Origin: a virus
Length of the DNA: 64,000 nt
Strand: one strand, 5' to 3'
Virus record (IMG/VR): IMGVR_UViG_3300033146_004399
Location: 64,001 to 128,000 of that record
Below the pieces are notes generated by a model. It searched no databases. It was not told the origin of the DNA and saw only the letters and a list, made by a program, of their open reading frames with translations. Of this stretch, positions 1-9,742 are shown piece by piece. The position numbers and the translations under genes are program-made. The number at the start of each line of letters is the position of its first letter. The first letter of the stretch is position 1.

Positions 1-143
1 GATATCAATGCAATAAATTATGTTGGTAATTTTAATGAATGGGGAGATTATTATTTAGAAGATAACGTTAAATGTAATACTTTTTATGATGCTCAAATTA
101 TGTTAATACAATGGGTTATTAAGTGAATTACCTTAATAGAGTT

Positions 144-290
144 ATGAAACAAGTTAAACTTTCTTCAGAAGAATGGGATCAAATGATTGAAGATTATCAG
201 AACGGTGAAACTAAAAATATTATGATACTAAAATATAAACTCAATACCATTCAATATAAAACTTTACGTAAACATTTTATAGGACGGTAA
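144..290 (+). CDS. Small hypothetical protein (48 aa)
   Basis: Hand-translated ATG144..TAA290, MKQVKLSSEEWDQMIEDYQNG...; not in the ORF track. Confidence 0.45.
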   Translation: MKQVKLSSEEWDQMIEDYQNGETKNIMILKYKLNTIQYKTLRKHFIGR

Positions 291-291
291 A

Positions 292-768
292 TTAATAAAG
301 TATATTTTCTGGATGCCACTCAGATACAAAATATGGATAATAATCATCTATATTATCAGTTCCAGCTTGCAATAAAAGTTTATTACTCTTCTTACAATAC
401 AATTTCAATATATCACAATTCTCATCATTATTTGTCCCAAAATACTTAGCTACAACTTCTATAGGTTGGAAGGTATTTTTAACTTGATAAGTTTCTACAA
501 TGAGATGACGCATAGAACTTCTATATCCATCACCAGGATCTTCAACAACACTATAAGTAACTCCATCTAATATAAATGAGAACACTTGTGAGTTTTCAAA
601 ATCATTACTATAATTACTTTTTATTTGTGTTGTATCTCTATCAACGCCTGTGAGAGTAAATTCGCCTACTAAATCATTAAGTTCCATTTTAAGAGTACCA
701 TTAGATAGAAGACGTTTTGCTATTTCTGAGTGGTTAAACATATTATAAACTATGCTAAAATTGCACAT
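292..768 (-). CDS. Hypothetical phage protein (likely start ATG at 687, MELNDLVGEF...)
   Basis: ORF track; no recognisable motif. Confidence 0.6.
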   Translation of the reverse strand: MCNFSIVYNMFNHSEIAKRLLSNGTLKMELNDLVGEFTLTGVDRDTTQIKSNYSNDFENSQVFSFILDGVTYSVVEDPGDGYRSSMRHLIVETYQVKNTFQPIEVVAKYFGTNNDENCDILKLYCKKSNKLLLQAGTDNIDDYYPYFVSEWHPENILY

Positions 769-824
769 TTAAGTAAATTTAAGTAAGATAATTTTATGAA
801 TGATTTTATAAAGAGCGAGCAACT

Positions 825-1931
825 ATGATTAAAGCAATTAAGCTTTATAATTTAAACAAATCAATAATTGTTAATGACATTAAAATAATTGAAACAGAAT
901 ACAGATTAAAAAAATTTAAAACGTTATTAATCAATAAAGAATATAAACTAATACAAAGAGATAAAATAACATTTATATGTGACGAGTGTAAAAGAGAATT
1001 TGAAGAAAAATTTGCTTTTAATAAAAAGTTTTTTGGATTAAAACAAAATTGTAGGACTTGCGATATATCAAAAACAAAGTTGATAAAATATGGTTCTAAA
1101 AATGGTTTTTCTCAAATAGAAAAAAGTGTTATGAATAAATATGGGGTTAAGAGTGTTTTTCAGTTAGATTTTGTTAAAAAGAAAATTGAAAAAACATTTA
1201 TAAAAAGATATAACGCTAAGAATAATTTTGGACGGTTTGAAGTTAGAAAAAAATTATATAATAAAGATGGCAGTTATAAAAATAATAGAAATAGAGCTAA
1301 AATGACTAATATTAAAAAATATGGCGTCGAAAATGTATCCCAGCTTAAAGAAATAAAAGAAAAAAAGAAAAAAACATGTTTAAAAAATTATGGAGTCGAG
1401 AATATATTTCAAGATAGAATTTTAATGGAAAAACTAATGTTTGCTAAATATGGCGTAAAACACCCGCTTGAATCAAAAATGATAAAAAACAAAATGAAAC
1501 AAAATTTTTTAAAACATTGGGGTGTGGAATATCCTGGTCAACATCCAGAAATTCACAAAAAGCAAATGCATTCTTTTAAAAATAAAACATCTGTTAAAAT
1601 TATAAATAATAATTTATATTACCAAACTAAGCCTGAATTAGAATACATTGTATATTGTCAAAATAATAACATTGATATATATAATGGGCCTTCTGTACCA
1701 TATATGTTTGAAGGTAAAAAACATATTTATCATATAGATTTTGAAACTGATAAATATGTAGTGGAAATTAAAGCATCTCATATATGGTATAAACAAAATC
1801 TAGTTTCGGGTAAGATAGAGGCTAAAAATAAAGCAGCTAAAAAATATGCAACATCTATAAATAAAGAATTTCTCTTTTTATTAGATGTTAAAGATTATAA
1901 AAAATATATGGAGAATTATAATGTCAGATAA
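825..1931 (+). CDS. Putative homing-type endonuclease with KYGVxN repeats and C-terminal PD-(D/E)XK-like domain
   Basis: CxxC pairs; repeated KYGV(E)N(V/I)xQ units; C-terminal YHIDFETDKYVVEIK (D..ExK). Confidence 0.65.
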   Translation: MIKAIKLYNLNKSIIVNDIKIIETEYRLKKFKTLLINKEYKLIQRDKITFICDECKREFEEKFAFNKKFFGLKQNCRTCDISKTKLIKYGSKNGFSQIEKSVMNKYGVKSVFQLDFVKKKIEKTFIKRYNAKNNFGRFEVRKKLYNKDGSYKNNRNRAKMTNIKKYGVENVSQLKEIKEKKKKTCLKNYGVENIFQDRILMEKLMFAKYGVKHPLESKMIKNKMKQNFLKHWGVEYPGQHPEIHKKQMHSFKNKTSVKIINNNLYYQTKPELEYIVYCQNNNIDIYNGPSVPYMFEGKKHIYHIDFETDKYVVEIKASHIWYKQNLVSGKIEAKNKAAKKYATSINKEFLFLLDVKDYKKYMENYNVR

Positions 1932-2322
1932 AGAACTAGAGGTTGTAGATGAAGCTTCACCAATGGATTTAGCTATTACACAAATGAATGAAATTGCTGC
2001 GGTTGTCGTTGAAAATATAGTTGACGATAGGGATAAAGCTGATGAATTATACGATTTCATGTGTTCAGAAATTGATATTAACGGAGATAAAAATCCTGCA
2101 ACCAGAGAAGCTATGTCTAAAGCCATGGAACTTAAAATGAAAGGGTCCGATCAAATGATTGAACTTCTTAAAGTTAAGGCTAAACTTATTAATCCTAATA
2201 AAGGTTTAAACGTTAACATTTCTTTGGGTAAATTTTCTGATAATAAAGGTGGAAATACAAGTGCTATGATTGATGTAGTTGAAAATATACAATATGAAAT
2301 CGACAATGAAGACAATGATTAA
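1921..2322 (+). CDS. Hypothetical helical protein
   Basis: ORF 1885..2322; GGAG RBS before ATG1921. Confidence 0.6.
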   Translation: MSDKELEVVDEASPMDLAITQMNEIAAVVVENIVDDRDKADELYDFMCSEIDINGDKNPATREAMSKAMELKMKGSDQMIELLKVKAKLINPNKGLNVNISLGKFSDNKGGNTSAMIDVVENIQYEIDNEDND

Positions 2323-3231
2323 GTGGGCAAAAAACTAACAACAGAACAATTTATAGAGAAAGCTAAAACTATACATGGCAATAAATATGATTATTCTCTC
2401 ACTGATTACAAAGGTGCTTTTAAAAAAGTTAAAATAATATGTCCAGAACATGGAATATTTGAACAAATAGCAAATTTACATATTCATAAAACAAAAAAAC
2501 AAATTTGTCCTATATGTACTAAAATTATAAAAAATAAAAAAATGTCTAAAACAACTGAAGAATTTATAAAAGAAGCAAAAGCTATACATGGTAATAAATA
2601 TTATTATTCATTAGTTGATTACAAAAATTCATACACTAAAGTTAAAATAATCTGCCCTGAGCACGGGATATTTAAAATACAACCTAGAGCCTTCATATTT
2701 AATAAACAAAGTTGCTCAAAATGTACAAACTATATTAGGAAAACAACTGAAGAATTTATAAAAGAAGCAGAGGCTATACATGGTAATAAATATAATTACT
2801 CGTTAGTTAAATATAAAGGTGCTAAAATTAAAATTGAAATAATATGTTCAAAACATGGAATCTTTAAACAATTACCAACTGTTCATATTAATGCAAAAAG
2901 TGGATGTCCTATATGTAATGAATCAAAAGGTGAAAAGGCAATAGCTCGGTACTTAGACAATAAAAATATACAATATATAAGAGAATATAAATTTAATGAT
3001 TGTAAAAACATAAAGCCTCTTCCGTTTGATTTTTATCTTCCTAATAAAAATATATTAATAGAATATGATGGAAAACAGCATTATAAACCGATTGAACATT
3101 TTGGTGGAAAAGAAACATTTAAACAACGTAAAATAAATGATGTTATTAAAACTAAATATTGTATAGATAATAATATTAAATTGATAAGAATTAGATATGA
3201 TGATAATATTATAAAGATGATTAACCTTTAA
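2323..3231 (+). CDS. Zn-ribbon repeat (x3) endonuclease with C-terminal PD-(D/E)XK/Vsr-like domain
   Basis: 3x TxEEFIxxAxxIHGNKYxYS..CPxHG..CxxC, then LPFDFYLP..LIEYDGxQH; GTG start. Confidence 0.8.
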   Translation: MGKKLTTEQFIEKAKTIHGNKYDYSLTDYKGAFKKVKIICPEHGIFEQIANLHIHKTKKQICPICTKIIKNKKMSKTTEEFIKEAKAIHGNKYYYSLVDYKNSYTKVKIICPEHGIFKIQPRAFIFNKQSCSKCTNYIRKTTEEFIKEAEAIHGNKYNYSLVKYKGAKIKIEIICSKHGIFKQLPTVHINAKSGCPICNESKGEKAIARYLDNKNIQYIREYKFNDCKNIKPLPFDFYLPNKNILIEYDGKQHYKPIEHFGGKETFKQRKINDVIKTKYCIDNNIKLIRIRYDDNIIKMINL

Positions 3232-3604
3232 TTTGATTTATTACAGCTTCTAATATATTTAAATCAATTGGTTTTTTTATGAAGCCTTTTATCTTATTTT
3301 CATATTCTTTAGACTTCTCTTCATAATCATAAGCGCTTTCAATAACAACAGGTATATTAATTCCCCTCTCTATAAGTATGTCTATAAGTTCAAAACCGTC
3401 AATACCTGGCATCTTAATATCAGTAAGAATGAGATCAAAGTTTTGATCTTTCTCTAGTAAAGATAGGGCTTCAGCAGCAAAATTAGTTGCTATAACCTCC
3501 CCGTTTATTTGTGACAATTGTGTCTGGAGATAAAACTGTACAATTGGTTCATCTTCAATCAACAAAATTCTCACAATATTTTCTCCAGATATTTTTCTAT
3601 ACAA
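3221..3604 (-). CDS. Stand-alone response regulator receiver (CheY-like); likely GTG start at 3574
   Basis: ILLIEDE, phosphoacceptor TDIKMPGIDG, conserved SA and KP. Confidence 0.9.
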   Translation of the reverse strand: MYRKISGENIVRILLIEDEPIVQFYLQTQLSQINGEVIATNFAAEALSLLEKDQNFDLILTDIKMPGIDGFELIDILIERGINIPVVIESAYDYEEKSKEYENKIKGFIKKPIDLNILEAVINQIKG

Positions 3605-3667
3605 TATTTAGTTTTATATTTTGTTTGTTTACGCATATAGTATCTTACGTTATTTATTTATTAAATT

Positions 3668-3697
3668 AAAAAAACCCACACTTAAGTGTGGGTTTTT
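3668..3697. terminator. Intrinsic terminator (bidirectional shape)
   Basis: A7-CCCACAC-ttaa-GTGTGGG-T5. Confidence 0.85.
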
Positions 3698-3700
3698 ATA

Positions 3701-4573
3701 TTATTGATCTGCTGGTATTTGCCAACTTTTAAATGCATAAAAATATTTCAATGTTTCTGCTAAATTACCTTCTTTATAGAATTTATCAGGGATAGCTCCT
3801 TCACCATCGTTCCAATATTTAGCTATAACATCATATTCGTTAGTGAAAAGAGCGAGTATCACCCAGTCTTCTCTACTCCTAAAAGTAGTCATAAGATTAT
3901 CGATACGTGCAACTAAAACTTTCATCATTTCAGTGGGATTGTTTGCCGTCTCACTTCCTCTATATACGGTTCTAAATACAGGATCATTTCTCATAAGAGG
4001 AAGATTAATGGTATCTTCTATAGATTTAAGATAGAAAGCTGCAATACCTCTTTGCGAGTTAACGTTATGAATAGGATTAAAATTTGTAGCAACTTTCATA
4101 TAAGCCATGGGAAGAAAGAAATTAATTGATGGTATTTTTTTAGTTGTTCTCCACAGTTGGTCAAAAGTTTCAAGTATTTGCTCATCATTCATTTTTTTAT
4201 CATCAGGAAGTTCATTAGTATAGTAACGAATAATAGTATAATATTGTTCTCTAAGCCTAGACTTTTGTTGTTCTTCAGGAAGACGTTCCCAATCGTTTGT
4301 AGTTTGAATATTAGCACGGGAGGTTATAACCTCTTCAACATTATTGATATAAGTTGTGTGCATTTTATTTAAAGTATTAGAAACTAATATACCTGTCATT
4401 ATCATAATACCCATAAAAGCAACAACTATAATTATAAATGTAATCATCCAACCTTTAGATATACCATAATTAGGTCTTGCATCCATTTGAAGAATTTTTT
4501 GCATTACCTGTGTACTCATATCTGCATTATCCTCTTTAACTCGTTGCCTAGGCTTCTGTTGTAATTCTGCCAT
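3701..4573 (-). CDS. Membrane-anchored lytic transglycosylase (SLT)-fold protein lacking the catalytic Glu
   Basis: N-terminal TM helix; AYMKVATNFNP where SLTs have VESNFNP; RGIAAF and ETLKYF match later SLT motifs. Confidence 0.6.
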   Translation of the reverse strand: MAELQQKPRQRVKEDNADMSTQVMQKILQMDARPNYGISKGWMITFIIIVVAFMGIMIMTGILVSNTLNKMHTTYINNVEEVITSRANIQTTNDWERLPEEQQKSRLREQYYTIIRYYTNELPDDKKMNDEQILETFDQLWRTTKKIPSINFFLPMAYMKVATNFNPIHNVNSQRGIAAFYLKSIEDTINLPLMRNDPVFRTVYRGSETANNPTEMMKVLVARIDNLMTTFRSREDWVILALFTNEYDVIAKYWNDGEGAIPDKFYKEGNLAETLKYFYAFKSWQIPADQ

Positions 4574-4584
4574 TTTATCTCCTA

Positions 4585-5184
4585 TTAAACTTCATCCCAT
4601 TTTTTAATTACTCTATCAACTAAACCAAAATCTACAGCTTCCGCAGAAGACATAAAAAAGTCTCTATCCATAGCCGTTTTTGTATCATCAAACGATTTAC
4701 CAACGTTATCAGCCATATACTGAGTAAGCATATTATTAAGACATTCCATTTCCTTTGCTTGGATTTGAACATCTAAAATTTGACCCTGAGCACCACCAGA
4801 AACTTGATGAATCATAATACGTGAGGATGGAAGAGAAAAACGTTTTCCTTTCTCACCATTAGAGAGGAGCATCGCTCCCATAGAGGCAGCTTGACCGATA
4901 CAGATAGTTCTTACATCTGGCTTAATATAATTCATTGTATCATAGATTGCCATCCCTGCTGTTACACTTCCACCAGGGGAGTTGATATACATATTAATAT
5001 CTTTTTCATCATCTGCACTTTCAAGGAAAAGAAGCTGAGCTACGATTAAATCAGCCATAGCATCTTCTACTACACCATCTACAAAAATTACTCTATCTTT
5101 TAGAAGTCTAGAAAATATATCATAAGACCGCTCACCACCACCTTCACTCTCAATTACTATTGGAACTAAATTACTCATATACAC
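4585..5184 (-). CDS. clpP: ATP-dependent Clp protease proteolytic subunit
   Basis: [20 protein letters not shown], catalytic Ser in AASMGA, His in IMIHQ. Confidence 0.97.
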   Translation of the reverse strand: MYMSNLVPIVIESEGGGERSYDIFSRLLKDRVIFVDGVVEDAMADLIVAQLLFLESADDEKDINMYINSPGGSVTAGMAIYDTMNYIKPDVRTICIGQAASMGAMLLSNGEKGKRFSLPSSRIMIHQVSGGAQGQILDVQIQAKEMECLNNMLTQYMADNVGKSFDDTKTAMDRDFFMSSAEAVDFGLVDRVIKKWDEV

Positions 5185-5223
5185 CTCTTATATTTATTTA
5201 TAATTAACTATGCATAAAGAAAT

Positions 5224-5248
5224 AAAAAACCTCCTAAAAGGAGGTTTT
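5224..5248. terminator. Intrinsic terminator
   Basis: A6-CCTCCT-aaa-AGGAGG-T4. Confidence 0.8.
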
Positions 5249-5264
5249 ATTATGTAACAAACTT

Positions 5265-6128
5265 TCAATACGGCATCGCGAGAAGAGATAAGGGATCTAT
5301 AGAAACGCGATTGTTTCTTATTTCATAGTGAAGATGCGGTCCAGTAGAAGGTCCTGAACTGCCTATATAGCCGAGAATATCGCCTCTTTTAACATGTTGC
5401 CCCCATTTAACTATAAAATGATCTGCATGCCCATAATATGTTTCAAAACCATAATCATGTTTAACAATTAGAAATTTACCATAATCAGGATGTTCTCCTG
5501 TGCTATAGTTATTTGTATAGATTGGACCTACGATACCGTCGGCTGTCGCAAGAATAGGTGTAGAAGAATCACCTGGTATATCTATTCCGGCATGGAAACG
5601 TATTTCACCTGGTTTGAATGGATTTTCAATAAAGCCGTAACCTGCAGTAATACGAGGTATTCCCCCACTAACAGGCCAAGAAAATGGGAATGAATTTATA
5701 AATCCCTGTCTTGCTGTTAAATAATCTTTAACTCCAGACATAAGAAGGAGATCATCATTCATACTTGATATAGTCGTTTGCATTTGGAGCAAAACACTTT
5801 CATCACTTGTAGGTATTTTGAACTCTGTAGTACCACCTACAGCGGTATCTTTATTATATAGAAGTTTAACTATTTCTTTAACATTAAATCTATATTGATC
5901 TCGTATTTTAATAACATTTTTAAGTTGTTCTTTGTATTTGGTTATTTCGTCATCTCTCTGAAGAATTTGATATTCTAATACAGTAATTTGACTTTCAGTA
6001 TTATATTTTGATACGATGCTAGCTATGAATAAAGCAGAAGAGACCGTTATGACAAATGCTACAGCTAATATTATTATCACAACCTTTCGATGAACTAATA
6101 TAATAAATCTTTTAAAAAATTTATTCAT
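5265..6128 (-). CDS. M23 family peptidoglycan metallopeptidase with TM anchor and coiled coil
   Basis: HAGID (HxxxD) and GPHLHYE (HxH) motifs; hydrophobic N-terminus. Confidence 0.92.
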   Translation of the reverse strand: MNKFFKRFIILVHRKVVIIILAVAFVITVSSALFIASIVSKYNTESQITVLEYQILQRDDEITKYKEQLKNVIKIRDQYRFNVKEIVKLLYNKDTAVGGTTEFKIPTSDESVLLQMQTTISSMNDDLLLMSGVKDYLTARQGFINSFPFSWPVSGGIPRITAGYGFIENPFKPGEIRFHAGIDIPGDSSTPILATADGIVGPIYTNNYSTGEHPDYGKFLIVKHDYGFETYYGHADHFIVKWGQHVKRGDILGYIGSSGPSTGPHLHYEIRNNRVSIDPLSLLAMPY

Positions 6129-6227
6129 TTATCCTCCAATATTTATATCTTATCTTAATACAACAATTTGAAATAATGTTAAAGATAAATATATATAACT
6201 AATATAAATATGCTAAGAGAGGTTTAT

Positions 6228-6649
6228 GTGATTGACGATATTTAGATACTGCCATCTATTATAATAGAATGGTTGCTGGCCTTTATTTCTCTTATATTTA
6301 TTATCAAGGCGGTGATAATATTTCTAATATGTATGAACCTAAAGAAATTAGATGGGCTTGGAGAGAATTTAAAAATTGGGCTAATAAAAAAATGAATGAT
6401 ATAGACACTTATATTGATGAAGTTGAAGATGACGAAAGTGTCGAGATAGCAATAGAAGCTATTTTAAACTGGCCTGATTGTGAAGAGCTTGCCTCTCAGT
6501 TAAAAGAAGATAAATATTTCTATGAAGCTGAAAGTTTCGAAGAATTAAGAAAAAATATGAGAGAGAACAAAGATTACTCGGAGTGGGACAACGCAATAGA
6601 AACATATTGGGAAGAAATACGATATCAAATAATTGAGAGGTTGATGTGA
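6228..6649 (+). CDS. Hypothetical protein; 5' end apparently frameshifted (track start 6269)
   Basis: GAGAGG RBS + GTG6228; one extra T at 6241-6243 would join it to the 6269 frame (MIDDILDTAIYYNRMV...). Confidence 0.5.
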
Positions 6650-7668
6650 TAAACGAAGCAATTAGTATGAATACAGTTGGTAATATGACCATTCAATATG
6701 CCGCTGAATACAGATATATAAAGAAATATATTATCAAAAGATTTAATAGTAAAGGCATTAAAGTTAAATTGAATAATTCATATGGTAAGAAGCAATATAG
6801 TAAAAATATATTAAAAACTTCTTTGTTTGAGGGATTTACCATCTATTTACATGATGAAGGATTAGCTTCCTCTAGCGATAAAATGAGTATGTCTAACTTC
6901 TCTGTTGAGTTTAGTACCCAAGGCAATAAAGTAGTAGTAAAGTTTGTTTTATATAATGATAAGGTTGAGAAAACAATACCTATAAATAACACAAAAATGG
7001 CTTCATTCATGGACGAAGTTTTATCCCTTTATCCAAGTGCCAAAGAGGAATTATTGCAAATTCATCAAACTAAATATGCAAACAGAGGCGGATTTACGTA
7101 TAATAATCAAGCCAATAGAGCAAAATTAGAAGAAATTGCAAAAGGCTTCAATTACAAAGGTTGTACTATAAGATATAGAGACAACAGTTATAATAACGAC
7201 AATCCTACATTAGCATTAGAAATAAAATATGAACATACTTCAAATAGTTCAAAATATAAATTAGCTACTGTTGTAAAGAAATTATTTCAGGACCCAACAA
7301 TTAAAAGATATATGGAAAAGGATGATAAGTTGGATAAAAATTTCAGGTGGGGTTTTAGTTTTAACGCTTCCCGATACGAAGCAAATTATGATTTTATAAA
7401 GGAAGCAATAAACGCTTTTGTAAATTATATAGATGGGAGAACAGATATATCTATTAAGTATGTTAGTTATAATAAATTGGAAGTTGGTATTCTCAAAAGT
7501 GGTGCTGGAGGTATGAAATCATATCATGCAAAGAAGGAAATGATTGAGGGTGTAAATTCACAAATTAAGAGTATGAATAGAGGTTTTGATAGAATGATTG
7601 AAAAGACACCGAAATATGGACAACTTCTTATAAAGAGATTTTGGGCTAAACCAGAGAAATATATATAA
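6646..7668 (+). CDS. Hypothetical protein
   Basis: 340-aa ORF coupled to upstream gene. Confidence 0.7.
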   Translation: MINEAISMNTVGNMTIQYAAEYRYIKKYIIKRFNSKGIKVKLNNSYGKKQYSKNILKTSLFEGFTIYLHDEGLASSSDKMSMSNFSVEFSTQGNKVVVKFVLYNDKVEKTIPINNTKMASFMDEVLSLYPSAKEELLQIHQTKYANRGGFTYNNQANRAKLEEIAKGFNYKGCTIRYRDNSYNNDNPTLALEIKYEHTSNSSKYKLATVVKKLFQDPTIKRYMEKDDKLDKNFRWGFSFNASRYEANYDFIKEAINAFVNYIDGRTDISIKYVSYNKLEVGILKSGAGGMKSYHAKKEMIEGVNSQIKSMNRGFDRMIEKTPKYGQLLIKRFWAKPEKYI

Positions 7669-7694
7669 TGTATTTTAAATTAGGAATAATATAA

Positions 7695-8051
7695 ATGGCT
7701 ATTAGACATAAAACGCTATATAATGTAACTAAAAAATATAATTGGGACTGGTTTATAGGAACAACTATTAATAAAGGCCATAGACACCAACTATACTATG
7801 ATGGCTTCCTATATAAAACACGTGTAGATAGGAATATTATGCCTTGGGCTTATGGTTCAGACTTAAATGCTGCCGCCTTCTCAATCTCAATAAAGGGGTT
7901 TAAATTCCTGTGTAAGGAATATCCTGGTACAACAGTAGACGAAATGAAATATGATATATTTGCTGAAACACTTAATAGTGGTATTAAAATATTTGCTCAT
8001 CTTAAAAATAGTGAAGGCTTCTATAAGAGAAGTGGAGAGAGATTGTTATGA
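7695..8051 (+). CDS. Hypothetical protein
   Basis: 118-aa ORF with AGGA RBS. Confidence 0.65.
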   Translation: MAIRHKTLYNVTKKYNWDWFIGTTINKGHRHQLYYDGFLYKTRVDRNIMPWAYGSDLNAAAFSISIKGFKFLCKEYPGTTVDEMKYDIFAETLNSGIKIFAHLKNSEGFYKRSGERLL

Positions 8052-8332
8052 AAAGAATAAGTATATTAAAACCAATCATATTTCAAGAATGGGAATTTAC
8101 TATGCGTATTATACAACCTAAATGCATTTACGGATTTGTAAATATAGAAGGAGACCGGATATACGGGTGACAATTAAAAGCTTATGGACAATTTGAAATG
8201 GGTTATTATTCTAAAAAAGAATGGATTCGAGCAATTAAAACATCAGATCCTGATAAGTTTAGAAAGTTTGATATTGATTCTTTAGGGAAAGTAAGAAAAA
8301 GAAACTTACTTAAAAATATTATGAAAAAATAA
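8048..8332 (+). pseudogene. ORF interrupted by in-frame TGA (8168-8170)
   Basis: Hand translation MKRISILKP...IYG*QLKAYGQF...IMKK* fills the gap exactly. Confidence 0.6.
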
Positions 8333-8343
8333 AGGAGTAAGAT

Positions 8344-8889
8344 ATGGCATTTCCAACAAGTCCAACTGATGAACAAATTTTTGAAGATTATAAATATGAT
8401 ACAAATATAGGAGCTTGGCTAACTGTAGAAGATTTAACTGTTTATGCAAAATATAAAAACAATAGTTCATCATTAACAGGTAATTCTGGTACAATTATAA
8501 ATTTTAATGTTAAAATAAGTGATTCGCTTAATACAGTAACTACTGGAAGTGATTGGAGATTTGTTGCACCATATGATGGAGTATACATTATCAATGGTTA
8601 TGCAGAAACTACTATAGAAAATACTACCCCTGCAGGGTTTTCAGAAATATATTTTAAATATTTAAAAAATGGAACTTTAGCAACTGATCATATAGGTGGC
8701 AAATATAATTATCCACAAACAACATATTCATCGTGTGGAGTTGGCGGAGCGTTTGGTACTACTATAAAATTATTAAAAAATGAGTATATATCTTTTATTA
8801 TAATATATACTTCAACTTATGGTATTATATCGTCTACTAATCCATGGTCTAGTATTTCATATATATCTATAGTAAGAGCAAGTTCATAA
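8344..8889 (+). CDS. MAFPTSP-module protein with C1q-like C-terminal domain (putative virion tip protein)
   Basis: N-term MAFPTSPTDEQIFEDYKYDTNIGAW; FVAPYDGVY C1q-like signature. Confidence 0.7.
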   Translation: MAFPTSPTDEQIFEDYKYDTNIGAWLTVEDLTVYAKYKNNSSSLTGNSGTIINFNVKISDSLNTVTTGSDWRFVAPYDGVYIINGYAETTIENTTPAGFSEIYFKYLKNGTLATDHIGGKYNYPQTTYSSCGVGGAFGTTIKLLKNEYISFIIIYTSTYGIISSTNPWSSISYISIVRASS

Positions 8890-8927
8890 AAATGAAATGT
8901 ATATTTAAGAAAAAAGGAGAAAATAAA

Positions 8928-9665
8928 ATGAAAGACGCTAATTATTACAACAAGAAGTGGAAAAGGTCCCCTATAATATATGGTGGACGAGCACTAAGAG
9001 GTAGAAAAGATAGGATCAACGTAGATGTTAAAAATTTTATAACAACAAACGATGCTATATTAGATAATATAGTAAAGAAATACAGGCTTAAAAAATCATC
9101 AACAGATGCTACGGTATTAGCTGTTCAAAAGTGGGTTGTTAAATTTCTCACGTATAAAAGTGATGATAAAGAAAATCAAACACCTGAATTTTGGCAATTT
9201 CCATTTGAAACCCTGCAATCACAGATCGGTGATTGCGAAGACGGTGCCATTCTTATTACATCACTTTGTATAGCAGCAGGAGTACCTCCATTCAGGGTTA
9301 AAGTATCTGCAGGTTATGTCCAATCAGCACCTCATGCAGAAACCGGTGGGCATGCATACGCAATATATTTAGCGTCAGATTCTGAATGGAGAATAATTGA
9401 CTGGTGCTACTTTCAAGATTCTAACATTAAAGTTTTGAAAAAACCATTGGCCAAAAATGGTGGGCAAAGAAACGCTTATAAAGAGACATGGTTTACTTTT
9501 AATAATGAATATTCATGGAATCAGACTTCACTTAAATTAGGTGGAAGAATTAGTAATGATGTAGCCGATTTATCATCTAATACTAAGGAAGAAACTTTAA
9601 CAGAGAGTAAAACTCAGATGAAAGATATACTAGCTGATATTGATAAGAAATATAAAGCTAAATAA
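8928..9665 (+). CDS. Transglutaminase-like cysteine protease
   Basis: GDCEDGAILI (Cys), GGHAY (His), IIDW (Asp); GGAG RBS before ATG8928. Confidence 0.8.
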   Translation: MKDANYYNKKWKRSPIIYGGRALRGRKDRINVDVKNFITTNDAILDNIVKKYRLKKSSTDATVLAVQKWVVKFLTYKSDDKENQTPEFWQFPFETLQSQIGDCEDGAILITSLCIAAGVPPFRVKVSAGYVQSAPHAETGGHAYAIYLASDSEWRIIDWCYFQDSNIKVLKKPLAKNGGQRNAYKETWFTFNNEYSWNQTSLKLGGRISNDVADLSSNTKEETLTESKTQMKDILADIDKKYKAK

Positions 9666-9742
9666 ATTTAGAATAATTCAATCTTTATACCAGGTGGAAT
9701 GAAGATAATATAGAATAAAACCTTATTTGGAGGAATGTATAT

